Shown: positions 12,978 to 25,705 of the stretch, piece after piece
Numbering within the stretch: position 1 is the first letter of the stretch
Layout: every line of letters begins with the position of its first letter
Made by a program: the position numbers and the translations under genes
The notes under the pieces: model-generated
Databases searched by the model: none
Told to the model about the DNA's origin: nothing
The model's input: only the letters and a program-made list of their open reading frames with translations
Source of the DNA: Fistulifera solaris
Lineage: Eukaryota
Direction: 5' to 3'
Assembly (NCBI GenBank): GCA_030295235.1
Contig: AP026137.1
Span: 62,001 to 126,000 of the forward strand
DNA length: 64,000 bases

Positions 12978-14643
12978 ATGGAAGTGCAGCAGCAACTAAG
13001 CGATAAGGACGCTCTATATTAGTTCTCATTCCTGACGAGGAGCGCACCGAGGGACAAAAAGAGCTCGCTGTAGAACTTCTTGGAGAGAATTACGGATCTA
13101 TTTACACATTTACTCGAGAGCCAAGCAACCATGGTGAAATCGGCTGGCGGGAACGCTTAAATTTTGAGCATCCTGATGTGATTATCTGGCGCGAAAATGA
13201 AACATTCACTTTCGTTACGGATGATGATCAAAGAGAATTCAGCGGCACGCGGCGTTGCTTTGCCTTTGCACTGTTTTTGGGCGAAAAGTATCATAGGCCT
13301 TACTTTCACTTGAGTTTTCGGGTGTTGGGTGAGACGGATGCGGCTGTTTTAGAGACGGCGACGTTCTTTTGCTCTTTGAGGCAACCAGAACATCCCAAAG
13401 CATATTTGCGTTTCCACCAGTGTCTGCCGGAAGATGAAGGAATTCTTTCGTTAAATGTCGATTTCGCCGCCTTACGAGGGGATCAATTGACAAGCATATT
13501 AGAATCGAACCCGAGCAGACAAGTGGAGCTTGAAATAGGCAGCTGGAGTCCGGAACAGGCCAAGATTCTAGCTACTCAACCGTTTCCGTTGAATTTGAAA
13601 TTAAACAAAGCGCGGGAAGGCGAGATTGGTATTGGGCTTAAAGATGACGGTACTGAATTCATCAACCATCTGGTGACACGGCGAACGCGTTTTGGATCTC
13701 TCACTATTGGTGGTAGTCAATTCGAAATGATGTCTTTAAGCCGTAGCAACTTAGAGCCGGATCATGAAACTGGAAGGATTGTTGGACAAGCTCACAATCG
13801 GGGTTCTGAACAGAGAAAATTTCTTTCTTCCCTTCTCCGCCAGGGTTGGTGCACTAGACTACCGCGTGGATGCCAACTCAACCCAGCCGAATGATATCGA
13901 CTCGCTCGACATTGCGACGAAAGATTTCAATATCAAAATTCAATATGATGAACCGGATCGTTTGGAGAAAATACTAATATCATTTTGCAACCGAATGACG
14001 CAGTTAGGTCATTTTGAAAGATTGGGTGTGTCAGTAGAAGGTGCTGTTCGGCAATTAGACGCAACAGCGTCAGGATCTCTTGTACAAGCAATCATAAGGA
14101 CCATCGACGGCAACCCTCATTTGACTCAATTAAGTTTGGACATGTGGTGCTCATTATTTTTACCTGAAGTCAACATGGAGAAGCTTTTTCAAGCCATCGG
14201 GAGACACAGAAGACTACGTATAGTTGACTTGTATCCATTTCCTCCACTGACTGCTTATCGAATCGATGATGAAGCAAAGCGGCTGAGGATATATTATCAT
14301 TCTGTGCTGGAGACGTTACTCGATCGCAATAAATTTCTTTCGGTATTGGACTTTTCTGGCAAGAGGATAACACATAGGACCACCATCGAAGAGATCTACG
14401 CGAAGAACTACATCGATACCCGATTCATAAAGGAGGCGAAGGAGCATACATTTTTACGACCATTTTTGGTGGCGTCGGCCTTGACACAACGCTACTTTAG
14501 ACTTCCAGTACTCCGCGGAGTTAATGACGTTCCACACTGATATATTGTGCGAGCTTCTTAATGATGTACATTTAGATGACATTAATCATGTTTTGGCTGC
14601 CGCAGGACCAGGGATAGAGGAAACGGAAATGCGTTTTTTCTAA
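12978..14643 (+). CDS. Expanded LRR-like family member (divergent subfamily), frameshifted; paralog of 27930-29531
   Basis: ORFs 13178-13894 and 13764-14540 contain IWRENET, GETDAAVLETATFFCSL and NRMTQLGHFERL. Confidence 0.85.
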
Positions 14644-14829
14644 TGCGTTTCACCAGGCGACTGATCACTTGAAACGCAAAGGGAGCACTATGATTCACGA
14701 ATCAAGGTCACGGATAAATTGGCATCAATACGCATTGACGACAACGCCTGGCCACGCTAACTGAATTGTTGATGAGAAGCGCCGAGGCGCACGACAAGTA
14801 GTTTATCTCGAAGATGTTTGTCGATTTCG

Positions 14830-15020
14830 TAGCATCATTCATGAAATGCGTCGCCGTCAAAGATATCATCAGGTCTACTTCACGTTCATTTATGAAATCA
14901 CCGACCGAAAGGAGCAACGAGTTTTCGGCCTTGACATGAGCAGCTACCGACGTCATATCTCGACACAATTGGGGTTGAGTTTCTTCTTTTCAATGGGGTC
15001 GGATTCATAATCTCGTTTTG
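14830..15020 (-). pseudogene. Orphan 3' end and 3' flank of a paralog of the gene at 25706-27235
   Basis: Encodes NPTPLKRRN, identical to the C-terminus of 25706-27235, and 14830-14990 aligns by eye with 25580-25720. Confidence 0.65.
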
Positions 15021-15373
15021 ATTGATTGAGCAGCAAAGCCCGGCGGATCCTTTTAGCCAGGAGCCAGGAGGGACCACTTTGTTTGTCATCCAATCACCAT
15101 CGAACACCATTCCTTGAAAAGGCCCCACAACTATAACAACTAAGTATTCCTATGAATTGGATTCTCGTTTGACAACAACATTTAATACACAACTTCATGC
15201 TTCGGAAATGATACCCTCCCAAAATATTGTTCACTTATAAGCCTCTAGGGCCTATGGGACGGGAAACCACCTAGCATGATTCAAATACTATAGGTTTGTC
15301 TGGGTCAATACTAAGATTCACGTTTTTCAACAGATTGAGGTAATGCATAAAAACTTTTTTGTCCCTTACTTTC

Positions 15374-17368
15374 TTACGATACCACACAACAATGAACTAT
15401 GTTTGCGATATTTTGCTGGTTGTTATGTGGTTGTGGGTTAGGCGGTTGCGGGTTAGGCGGTTGCGGTCCTGGGCCACCTCTGGCCGCCCTTCTACTGTTG
15501 CATGTTTCCTTACCGACCCAAGCGGCGACAATAGTACCGACGACAGCGAATATCGGTACAAATACTTCTACAACCCAGTCAGGTGGTCCGGTACCGGTAG
15601 GCGGTTCTTCCGGAGGGATTGGTACAGGTGCCGTTGGAGAGGAAACTTCTACCGGTGCTACTGATTCCGGAGAAGGGGAAGCCATCACCGGAGCTACTGC
15701 AGGTGGGGTTGTTGTCCTTTCTGGGGCTACCGGTACCGGAGATAGGAAAGGAGCACCGGTCACACAGCCGCAGCAAACTCGCTCTTGAAAAAGGCGTCCT
15801 TCCGTAGCAGTGTTGGCGTTTAAGTTCATTGGATACAAGCTAGAATCTGAACATTGAGTCGCAATAGTCTGACCCAGATCGTCGATACTGCAATCAGCAC
15901 ACCGCGCATCAAATCCCCCCCGGTAACGATACGAGTCCAACTCACATTGGCTAAACCTAAATGCTGGGCAAGTTCCCACCGAACGTGAGAGCCAACAACC
16001 TAATTGCCTCATCAACGCTCTTCGTCTCCTAGCGCGATTTGCAGCGCTTCCAGGGCGATATCCACCGCTACTACGCCGATGAAGAGTGGTGGCGACTTGG
16101 TTCGATCGTAGACCGGAGCCGACACTGTGGTTCCCCGTATATTTGCCGTCCGGAATATGTAAGGTTCGACCCAAGCAGTAAAATTTTGATTTTCTGCATT
16201 CCCCAAGCCCGACGCAAAGAGTAAGTAATAGCTCGCTAGAGCTTCGACAATTTCTTCGTCACTTTCAATCTTGGACCATATTCCAAATTCAGTCAAACAG
16301 GCCAGCTCCGAGGGAAAAGCATGGACGTTTTGATTTTCTGAAACATCCGCAATCGAGTATGTGAAAAGAAGCACCGGTTTCCCTGTGACTGCAGTCGTCT
16401 GACTGATTCGGTTTTGCACCATAGTTTTGACATCAGATGGGACAATACCGTCCGGTTCAGTCATTACTCCATCAGTGAAGAATAAAATACCGGAATTACA
16501 ACTGACGGCTGTACCGTTTTGTGAATGAGTTATCCAGAATATTGAAAGCCGTGCTTAGGCCGTCCAACATGTTGGTACCTCTATCGACTCCGATGTTTTC
16601 TATGCGGGCGATCAGAGTCTCTTTAATTGCGTCTGTTGCCTCGTAAAGCAGGCCTTGATCAGCCACGACGGTCGTTTTCGCATTGAAGAAGACTATCGCA
16701 ACGCGGTCGCTGGATGTTAATGTCTCAATGACGCGTTTGGCGGCTTGTTTCATGAGGCCTAAGCGGATTTCATTCATCGAGCTCGAAATATCCAACACTA
16801 GTACAATATTCTTGGGGCCGGAGCTTCCGGCAACGTACCACGGTCGCCCAGTATTGTCATACGCTCCACAATCTTCGGAGGGAAATCCAGGAAGAATGCG
16901 AAACGCCCCTTCCCTGGTTCCGAAATAAGAGGCTCGAGGGCTAATTCCGATTTCATCCCAAAATGTTTCGTCTTGTAGGATTCTCTGAGTGAGCCAGTCA
17001 TCCATGAAACGACTGTAACAAATCGCTTCGACGATCAGCGGGTCTGCCGGCGTCGCGTTGGGTGAGATGCGGTAGTTGCTTGTCGTCAAATCCTCCAACC
17101 CCGCGCATCCTGCGCCACAGGTATCTGTCCAGAAATTGGAAGGAGCCGAACACGTTGGATTTGGTAGCGCTGATTTGCACTCATCGTAATTTGCTGCCTG
17201 ACACGTAGCCAACGAAGCACAACGATCCAGGTACAGCCGTTCGATTTCGTCGCGATATGCCAGAACCATGCTCTCCATCTTCGCAGCAACTTGATCAAAC
17301 CGAGCCGTGTTCTGTCCGAAGACTGACGTTATCCAAAAAAAGAGTAGAAAAAGGAGTCTTCTCATCAT
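15374..17368 (-). CDS. VWA + Cache-like (calcium channel alpha2delta-like) type I membrane protein, frameshifted
   Basis: Signal peptide and Cys-rich N-terminus; RPWYVAGSSGPKNIVLVLDISSSM (MIDAS DxSxS); WVEPY...TVSAPVY...GVVAVDI; Pro-rich stalk; TM VFVPIFAVVGTIVAAWV; PQPPN tail repeats. Confidence 0.8.
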
Positions 17369-17847
17369 GCCTATTAGCTTGATTTATTCTTTTAACTCAA
17401 AGAACCAAGTCAAACTCATTCGAAGTGAGTGAGTGAGTTATGAGGGTTTGTGGCCGATCGGAAGGTGCGTGAAGATGCGATTACAAAAAATATCTAAAAA
17501 ATCGTTGAAGAACCCATGTATCTTGCGTGAGCTTGACGTGCACAGCTCTTTACGCTGTCTCTCACAGAGACAAAGCAAATGACAAAGTAATAATAATACT
17601 CCGTAATAATAATGGTAACCGGTTTGTACATTCCACATTCCGTTGTCCAGTACTTGTATGTTACAAATGAGTTCACCGCTCTCCCTTTATTGACCACTTT
17701 CACTTGTTCCTATTTTATTATTTCTCCTCCCCTGTGAATTCTCGACTGTCCGAGACACATGCATGGACCGACAGTACCAGGTACAGTACTTATGATACAC
17801 CCCTCCTTTTTTGAAGTACAACTAAAAGGCTTTGCTACTACTCCGTA

Positions 17848-18350
17848 TCTCCGTCTCGAGTCCCGAGTCCCGAGTGGGGCGAAAACGTTGCGGTGGTGTT
17901 CGGTCTCATGTCTCATGCTTTCAACCAGGAAGGTTCGGGAAAAAGTGTACACTCACGTAGGCCCCCCGTAGAAAAATGTACCAAGCAGAGGTGCGTTCCC
18001 GTGTCTCCCAGGTCCGAGATGAGAGTCGAGAATTGCACTTTCCAACTAACTCATAAGACTCTCGAGAATCATCTTGAAAATTGGAGATTTTTGTCAAAAA
18101 CTAATTACTATGGGATATTAAGTACTAAGTTTCAGTCACGGTTAGTTGTGGAACGCGAGACTGACTCCTTCGTAGGAAATATACGTGAGAAATGGTCGAT
18201 CGACGGCCAGAATCCTTGAATATTATACGGGTGACGGCTAGACACTCTCATCTCATGAATTTTATCGAGAATCATGAGAATTGAGAGTGAAAATTCAAAA
18301 TTCGATTCTCGAGACTCTCTAGAGAACTGCCCTCTCGAGACCAACCACTA
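17848..18350. mobile_element. Possible degraded MITE rich in CTCGAG/GAGA subrepeats
   Basis: GTCTCGAG near the left end and CTCGAGACCAACCACTA at the right end; many internal TCGAGA words; no clean TSD. Confidence 0.3.
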
Positions 18351-18416
18351 CGTTCTACGTTGGTAACCTTACAGTACACGTAAGACGTAAGACGTACTGT
18401 AAGTATCGATGAATAA

Positions 18417-18600
18417 TCTATTTATAATAGCGCGCTGTGTCCGTGTGTGTGTGTGTGTGTGTGTGTGTCACGTAACGTAACGCGCTCCCGGGTGTCTGAA
18501 TCACGGGTTTGACGCTATCCCCGGGGATCGAGCCCCCCGCTTGCGGGAAGGGCGAGAACGAAAAAAGCCCCCGTAGGGGCTAGACGCCGAAGGCGGCTAG
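18417..18600 (+). mobile_element. Non-autonomous Helitron-like element with (GT)13
   Basis: A|TC 5' end and CTAG|T 3' end, GC-rich hairpins before CTAG, and a near-identical copy at 25020-25333. Confidence 0.8.
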
Positions 18601-19955
18601 TGAATAATAATGTCGTCTACCGTCTACGGACTACCATCTACCAGCTACCAGGTACCAGGTACCGGTACCTTTTAATTTTGTCGATTGAATGAAATTTGTC
18701 TATTCAAACTGTGATCTATCATATCTACATTTATGGCCAAGGTGCCGTATGAAGTATGCACTTTCTACGTGGCAACAACCATTCACTGTTCGATGCAAAA
18801 GGCCAAAAACCAAAAAGTTAGATGATTTGAGCTATAGTGCTCAGAACGGTTAGGGGCGAAGGGCGAAACCGTTTCAAACCGAATATCCCTGATTGTCAGA
18901 CGAACATATTATGTTTATCTTAGAGGCTCTCGTGTGACACACGTAGAATTTTGTACCAGAGCCAATTTCTCCCCCTTTCGACAAAACAAAACAATAAACA
19001 GCACACGCACTCGGTCATCTTTGTGTTGTCGGGAGTGTTGCTGCCAAGAGGCGTGCGCAAATCAGGAAGAGGGTCGGTCATGGTGACACGAAAGTTGCGT
19101 AGTTCCCGTCAAAAGGAACTCTCGAAAAACGATGGACGTGTAGTTTCAGGACTGGTCGGCCGCGCCAAAGCAGTGCTACCAGTGGAACAACGTAGTTTGT
19201 AACGTTTAGAACGAATATCAACATAAGCAACGAGACGGAGGGGGCCAAATCCTACGACTCTGTTTGTATGGATAAACAGACTCGACAGGCAATCAAATCC
19301 GAAATTTATGATTATCGCCTCTAAAGGCTATCGACGGTCATTATCTTCGTACTACTCTCAAATTGATACTCGGTAGGCACACATATCACATATGTACTGG
19401 TACTGTCCCCGCATTGAATCCAAGTTGAAGTTGGGGTTGACAGAAAAAATGAATGAATGAAACGAAACACAGAATGGATGTTTGACTCTCCTCTACATTT
19501 AGCGCAAAACGAACTCTTCAATCGTAGACATCTCTATCATTTCTGACAAGCTAGAGGCTCCATTAATACGTCACTGTCACTGCCCTTTCAGCAGAGCCGC
19601 ACGCAGATACTTGACACTCATCCGACAAGACTTGTCGGCTTTACAGCCCAGCTCGTTCTCTCGTAGGAACACGGACAAAACTTCGTAGAGGGTCTCGAAA
19701 AATGGCAATCGCCTGTGAGTTGTTCGATATTGTGTTTCTGAGAGTAATTTGGTGATGAGTCGTCGAGAATATTTGGAGCGTCTATTGAGAATCGATTGTA
19801 TCATCAATTCACCTCGGATAGGATTCCTGTTCGAAGAGAAGAAAAATTTTCAGTATTTGGTGCCAAGGTGGAGGACGATTCAGTGACGCATTTGACTGCA
19901 CCAATTTGATGAGTAGCTTCATTAAGCATATTCTCTCTATATATCTACTAGTGCC

Positions 19956-21627
19956 TTAGCATTCTTTTCGAGCTGTCTTCTTAACGTCACGTGGCAGATG
20001 GACATGGAGTTTACGTTTGAAAACATTCTTTGGAGCAGATTCTGGACAAATCGAGACGAGCGAAACAGCTTCCTCCTCTGCTCCCATTCTCTTAGTATCA
20101 AAATTGATTTCGATTATGATCTCGCACAGAATGTCGACATGATTCGACAACAACAATCCTGTGTACTGAGCATCGTGTAAGCCGCTCTCCAGCAAAGCCG
20201 ACGCCACCAACAATGGTCGTAGATAGGACGACTCATCGACTAACTTTGCCGACCCACAATAAAAATCGATTGAGCGCATAGATTCTGTCGATGGTGGTAC
20301 CATTGGTGATTTTCTTGTCGTTCTGATCCAGTACTGAAATGTTCCGATTTTGTGACAGCAACTTCTCCAAGCCAGAGTAATCAATAGGAGACCGCCCTGG
20401 TCTGGAGTCATCGAAGTAGTAATCGTCGTCATTGAAGGTCAGGATGCGAAACGTACGGAGTTCTTTGTGTTCTTCCATAGCATGGAAAATAGCCGGTAAA
20501 TGATGAGTCATATCCACCCCATCTAATTCGAAAACCCAATGCGTTAATAATGTATTTGCTTTGATAAAACCGATCAACGCATCGGCAATACGAGCTGTAA
20601 CCTCGACTGTTAAGACATCGTCATAATGCACATTAGAACTCAAGGCCAATTCCAAATTACACTGTGTAAAATGACCTAAAGTGGTCATGCGATTCAACAT
20701 TGCAATCAAGAGCTGATCACAGACTTCCCAAACATCCGACCAGACGTTGACACTCAATTTTTTGCCGGGATAGCAAGAGAATGGAAGTCTTCCGGTCGAA
20801 CACACCTTGCGTCGAAGAAATAGTCGAGAGAATTCACCTTGGCGGAGAATGGCAGGAGAGCTTGGTCCCTGTATACAGACCTAATTTTGAGCTCATCAAA
20901 CATTTCAAGTTGATAAAGACGTTCCATATTTTCTCGAGTGAGCATGCCAATTGCCACGCATCCAAGACAGAGAGAACCAAACAGAGACTTTCGTTTTTCG
21001 AGTGCTTCGATGAAGGCTGTTCCACTATCTGTAAATGTAACGTAGCCACTTTTACTGCAAAACGTCAATCGAAGTGGATAGGGTCGCGTTGCCAGAACAA
21101 CGCCTTGTTGCGCTGTCCATGTTCTTTCATCAATACTGATCGCTCGTTGCGGATTCGCATCCAATATCTGAGCGAGTTGTTCCGGGTGAAAAGCGGCAAA
21201 GTCGAAGGCCCGGTCCTCGTCGAACCTGCGATATCCGATCTCGAGAGCGGCCTGGCCTCTCCAAGAATGCTGTAAAGACCAGAACCATACAGCTGTTTCA
21301 GCAGTAGTAACATTCGACGCACCGTAAATGGCACATTTTAATCTTTTCTTGTGCTTTCCGACATCATAGAGAGCAAAGAATAGCTTTCGCTCTTGATAGA
21401 GCATATCCGCAGAAGCGCTGAAGCAAATGATCGTCCCATTTTCCCGCCAGATCGACATGCAGTGACAAATTTCTGGAAGAATTTCATCGAGAGCACTCGG
21501 TTCTCGCACAAGCTTGTAAATCGGTATACCAAATTCATGCGTTTCTTTGTCGCGAAATGCCCTCTGCTCGTTCGAGAGTCGTTCCTTCGGAATGAGTTCG
21601 AGGAATTCTTGTTTAATTTTCCTCCAT
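19956..21627 (-). CDS. Expanded LRR-like family member, frameshifted; recent duplicate of 9207-10916
   Basis: ORFs 20754-21836, 20233-20805 and 19956-20432. Near-identical N-terminus (FLELIPKERLSNEQRAFR) and upstream flank to 9207-10916. Confidence 0.85.
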
Positions 21628-22099
21628 TGTGCGATTTGAAAAGTTAATTCGATCTCTGTTTCGCAAATTGTTGCCCTCGGCAAAGAAAAGACGATTATCA
21701 AGGCTCCGGCGCTATTGAAGTGGTCGAGATGAATGTCAACAGTGCTTGAAAAAGAATAAATCAAGGTAAAATATACTCCGTATACTAGTAATAAGCGTGC
21801 ACGCCGCATCATTAACCTCCGGGTCTTGACAAACATAAGTCACTATTATGTTACGCAGTGCTTAACGAGGGAATTGCATCGGCACGAGACGTAGTCGATT
21901 CAACAATACGATTAAAGGCAGCTTACTGTAATTAAAGTGGAAACGTCATTGTTTTTATAATCAGAAAGAAAATGGCATGCAATAGAACGAATAAAAGTTA
22001 AGAGCTGATCCACAGCCAAGTCGTAAGGCATTGTGAAACATTAAATAGTCGAATGAGGAGCACTGGAGCCACGCGAATAACTTTTTCGGAAAGTAACAA

Positions 22100-23652
22100 T
22101 CAAGGAGGCACTTCCTCTAGATTCGTACCATCTACTAATTCCCAAAGGACGTCCGTATGTTGAGACAACAGCAGACCCGTATACTGGAAAGATGCGGAAG
22201 CCTTCTCCAATGCCACCGCGAAGAGCACTGGTCGCAATTCTACCGACTCCTCCGTCAGCGACAAAGATCCATTGAAAAAATTATTCAATGCATAAAGCTG
22301 ATCGATACTGGTCTCATTGGTGAACTTCTTGCCGTCCCTTTTTATAACTGTGACGTTTCGGTTGCAAGAAAGCAAGCGTTCCAGTGCCAGATAGAAATCT
22401 TGGCATGTTTTTTTGTATTCATTGTCATCCAATGTGATTGTACGTAGCTGTTGGTGCTCCCCAATGGCATGATAGAGAGATTCCCAGTGGGGTGCATGCT
22501 GGAACCGCTGGTCAAAGCCGTACATTTTCAAATACCTCAAATTTGGATTGCTCTTTATAGCACCAGTCAACGCTTGTACACACGATTCCATGTCATGTAC
22601 CCTCTCGTAACTCCGTATAGAAATGCCCAATCTTACAAAATGGCCCAGCTGTGCCACTCGATCGAAAAATGCGATCAACCAGTCACTCAGGTCGTCCTCT
22701 TCTTGCGAATAAAACCATATACTCAAGTCGTTTGTCACAATAGTCAGCGCTTCGAAATCGTTTGGCTGGATGTGACTGTCTATGACCCCGTAACTGAGTG
22801 CATTTACCTTGGCGGAGAATGGAAGAAGGACACTGTCTGAGTCGAGACCGTAAATTCTAAGTTTATCGATGATCCAGTCAAGTTGCGTCAACCGTTCAAA
22901 ATTGACGCGATTCATTCGAGTGTCATGATAAAAGCCCCTCCAATTTCCAGCGAACCAAAGGAAGATCGTCGTTCTTCCAAACTATTAAAAAACTCTGTGC
23001 CGTCCTCATCCTTGTTTCCCCTGTTACCCAAATCGCCATGATCCCCAAAAATAATTTCCAAATTCAAAGGGAAAGTTCGTGTCGCCAAAATCTTGGCCTG
23101 TTCGAGACTCCAGCTTCCTACTCGGAGCTGTAGTTGGCGTGTCGGATTCGATTCCAAGATACGAATCAGTTGCTGTGGTCGAAAGGCGGCAAAATCAAAA
23201 TTTCCACGCACTTCTCCAGCGCACAATCCGTGTTGAAAGACGTCTTGAACGTACAGCGCAGCGCCTTCTTCGTCATCTTGGAGAGACCAGAAAAAAGTGG
23301 CCGTCTCGGCGATGGCTTCGTCCGTCTTGCCACAAATTGCACCGTACAAGTTGTATCCATTGCCGAGGACGATGGTAAAGTAAAGGCTGCGTTGTTTCAT
23401 TTGAGGACGATAGTACGAGCAAGGGAATACACAAAGGAACGTTTCATTGTTACGCCAAATGACAGTTTGCATATTCCAAAGCCTCCATTCAAATTCATCG
23501 AGACGGTTTGGCTCTCGAGAGTATTGAAAGATTTCCATTTCACCATAACCGAGCAAATTTTCTCGGAGTTCCTTTTGCGAAAGAGAAAGTTGATCTTCCG
23601 GAATGAGCTCTAAGAGACGCTCTTTGTTGTGATGAGTCTGATTTTGCGTCAT
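22100..23652 (-). CDS. Expanded LRR-like family member, one frameshift at ~22930
   Basis: ORFs of 246 aa and 271 aa; adding one base to the GGGG/TTTT run joins them. No basic tail before the stop. Confidence 0.88.
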
Positions 23653-23701
23653 GTGGATTAATTCACTTTTTCAAATCAGCGCTCTATCAATCTCTCATTT
23701 A

Positions 23702-24972
23702 GGCCCGTTCTTATCACCGCAAAAAAGTTGCACTTTTGCACATATTTTTAGTGATAACCCGGAATTGCGCGCCCGCCGGCCAATTTTTGCTGTGCACCGG
23801 CTCGATTTTATGTGCAAACCTCCGTAATTATTTCGAATTATGCACAGCTTGCACATCGTTGGGAGTCTTGCACACGGACAATTTTTGATCGTTCACGAAT
23901 AGTCTTCTAACAGAAAAACAACGCCGAAAATTTCGTCCCTATTTCCATGTCGGCTTGCTCTCTTATTTATTAACCACCGCGCGTTCTTTTGATCGATCCT
24001 TGCTCGGACAAACATGGAACCCGACACCGAAGTTGCCGCTGCCATTGCAATGCCGTCAGTTGTGGAATAATGGCGGAAAGACTTGCTAAAATGCCGTCAG
24101 TTGTGGAATAATGGCGGAAAGACTTGCTAAATGCCCAGAGATAGCGTTAAACTTTTCTGCTGCCTCTTCAATTTCAGCTGGTGTTGTTGGAAAGTGAAGT
24201 TTGAGAGAATCACATTCGACAATAGCACGCATGACTTTATGAATCAATCGATAAAACGATTGCATACTTAGACCCATCTGGTCGGTGACGTCAATGTACG
24301 AGGCACCTGCCAGCCAGCGTAAAAGCATATGTAGCTGAACAGCAACAGGAATCGGCTGTGTACCCTCTATTCCGGAGGAGTAGTGGATGGGAAGGTGAGG
24401 TGATATAAGGTCGACAAGCAACATAAAAGATCGTTGCTGCATCCTATTCTTCCTCGAAAATTGTTTTTCCGACTGTCTCATCAGCCGCTCCGAGTACTCG
24501 TCCCAGTCCATCCGCTTGTACACAACCTTTGACTCCCTGGTTGTAAGGACAATACCGCCGGCGATCATCATTTTCTGAAGGCGATGTTTGCGAACAAAAT
24601 ACTTGCGCAAGACGCGCTCCTCTAATTCTTCGTGGACTCGACTTGTGGGAGTCTTTTCCAGCAGCTTGAGCGTCTTGGTAGTGGAAAGCTTCATGTTTCC
24701 TGGGAACTAAAGTGAATTCGATACAAAAAGGAACGAAAAGACATAAACGCAAATGGATCGGCAGTTGCGATGAGAAATGAAAAGGGGGGAGACATTAAAA
24801 CGGCACTTGCTATTTAAGAATTTGTCTGTCTGATGTGACATTCAAAAAATGTGCAAGTGCGCAACTCCTGTGCACTGATAAGAAGGGTTCCGTTCTGGAC
24901 CTTGCTTTTTAAATGACTGGCCGGCGCGCGGTGTGCACATGTGTTGCACATGTGCGGTGATAAGAACGGGCC
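23702..24972 (-). mobile_element. Internally deleted PIF/Harbinger DNA transposon (1271 bp)
   Basis: Perfect 20-bp TIR GGCCCGTTCTTATCACCGCA (23702-23721 and 24953-24972), with TTA target duplications at 23699-23701 and 24973-24975. Confidence 0.93.
24086..24694 (-). pseudogene. N-terminal part of a Harbinger (HARBI1-like) transposase, catalytic DDE region missing
   Basis: FSRKNRMQQRSFMLLVDLI...QLHMLLRWLAGASY...GLSMQSFYRLIHKV...FP...F pattern typical of Harbinger transposases; ends before the first catalytic Asp motif. Confidence 0.8.
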
Positions 24973-25019
24973 TTAGATTCATACGTTGCAAGATGTATAT
25001 CTATCTATTTATCTATCTA

Positions 25020-25333
<314 letters not shown>

Positions 25334-25705
25334 TAATATATAATATAGCACGGAATGCTTGCTGTACTAATTGTGAACGAAAGGCGACGAACAAAATAAG
25401 CAATTATATTCGCGGGTCTTTACCAAGCAGAGAGTCACGAACGTACGGGTCACGACTGTGGTGCACGACTGTGGTGCACTATAGCAGCGGACAATAATTA
25501 TAATGTATCTTTGCAAATGACAATAAGGAGCGCCGGAGGCACGCGAGTAGACTATCTCGACGACTCTTGTGTGAGTTTGGCAGCATTATTAATAAAACGC
25601 GTCGTCATAAAGGACATCATTACTATCTATTTCACGTTCATTGATACTATCACCGACCACAAGGAGCAACGAACCGACGTGCGCAGCTGACATCACTATT
25701 GGGAC

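Noticed and set aside
18951..19810. Possible small gene(s), e.g. ORF 19577-19807
   Set aside because: Short, no recognisable motif, and no coherent gene model.
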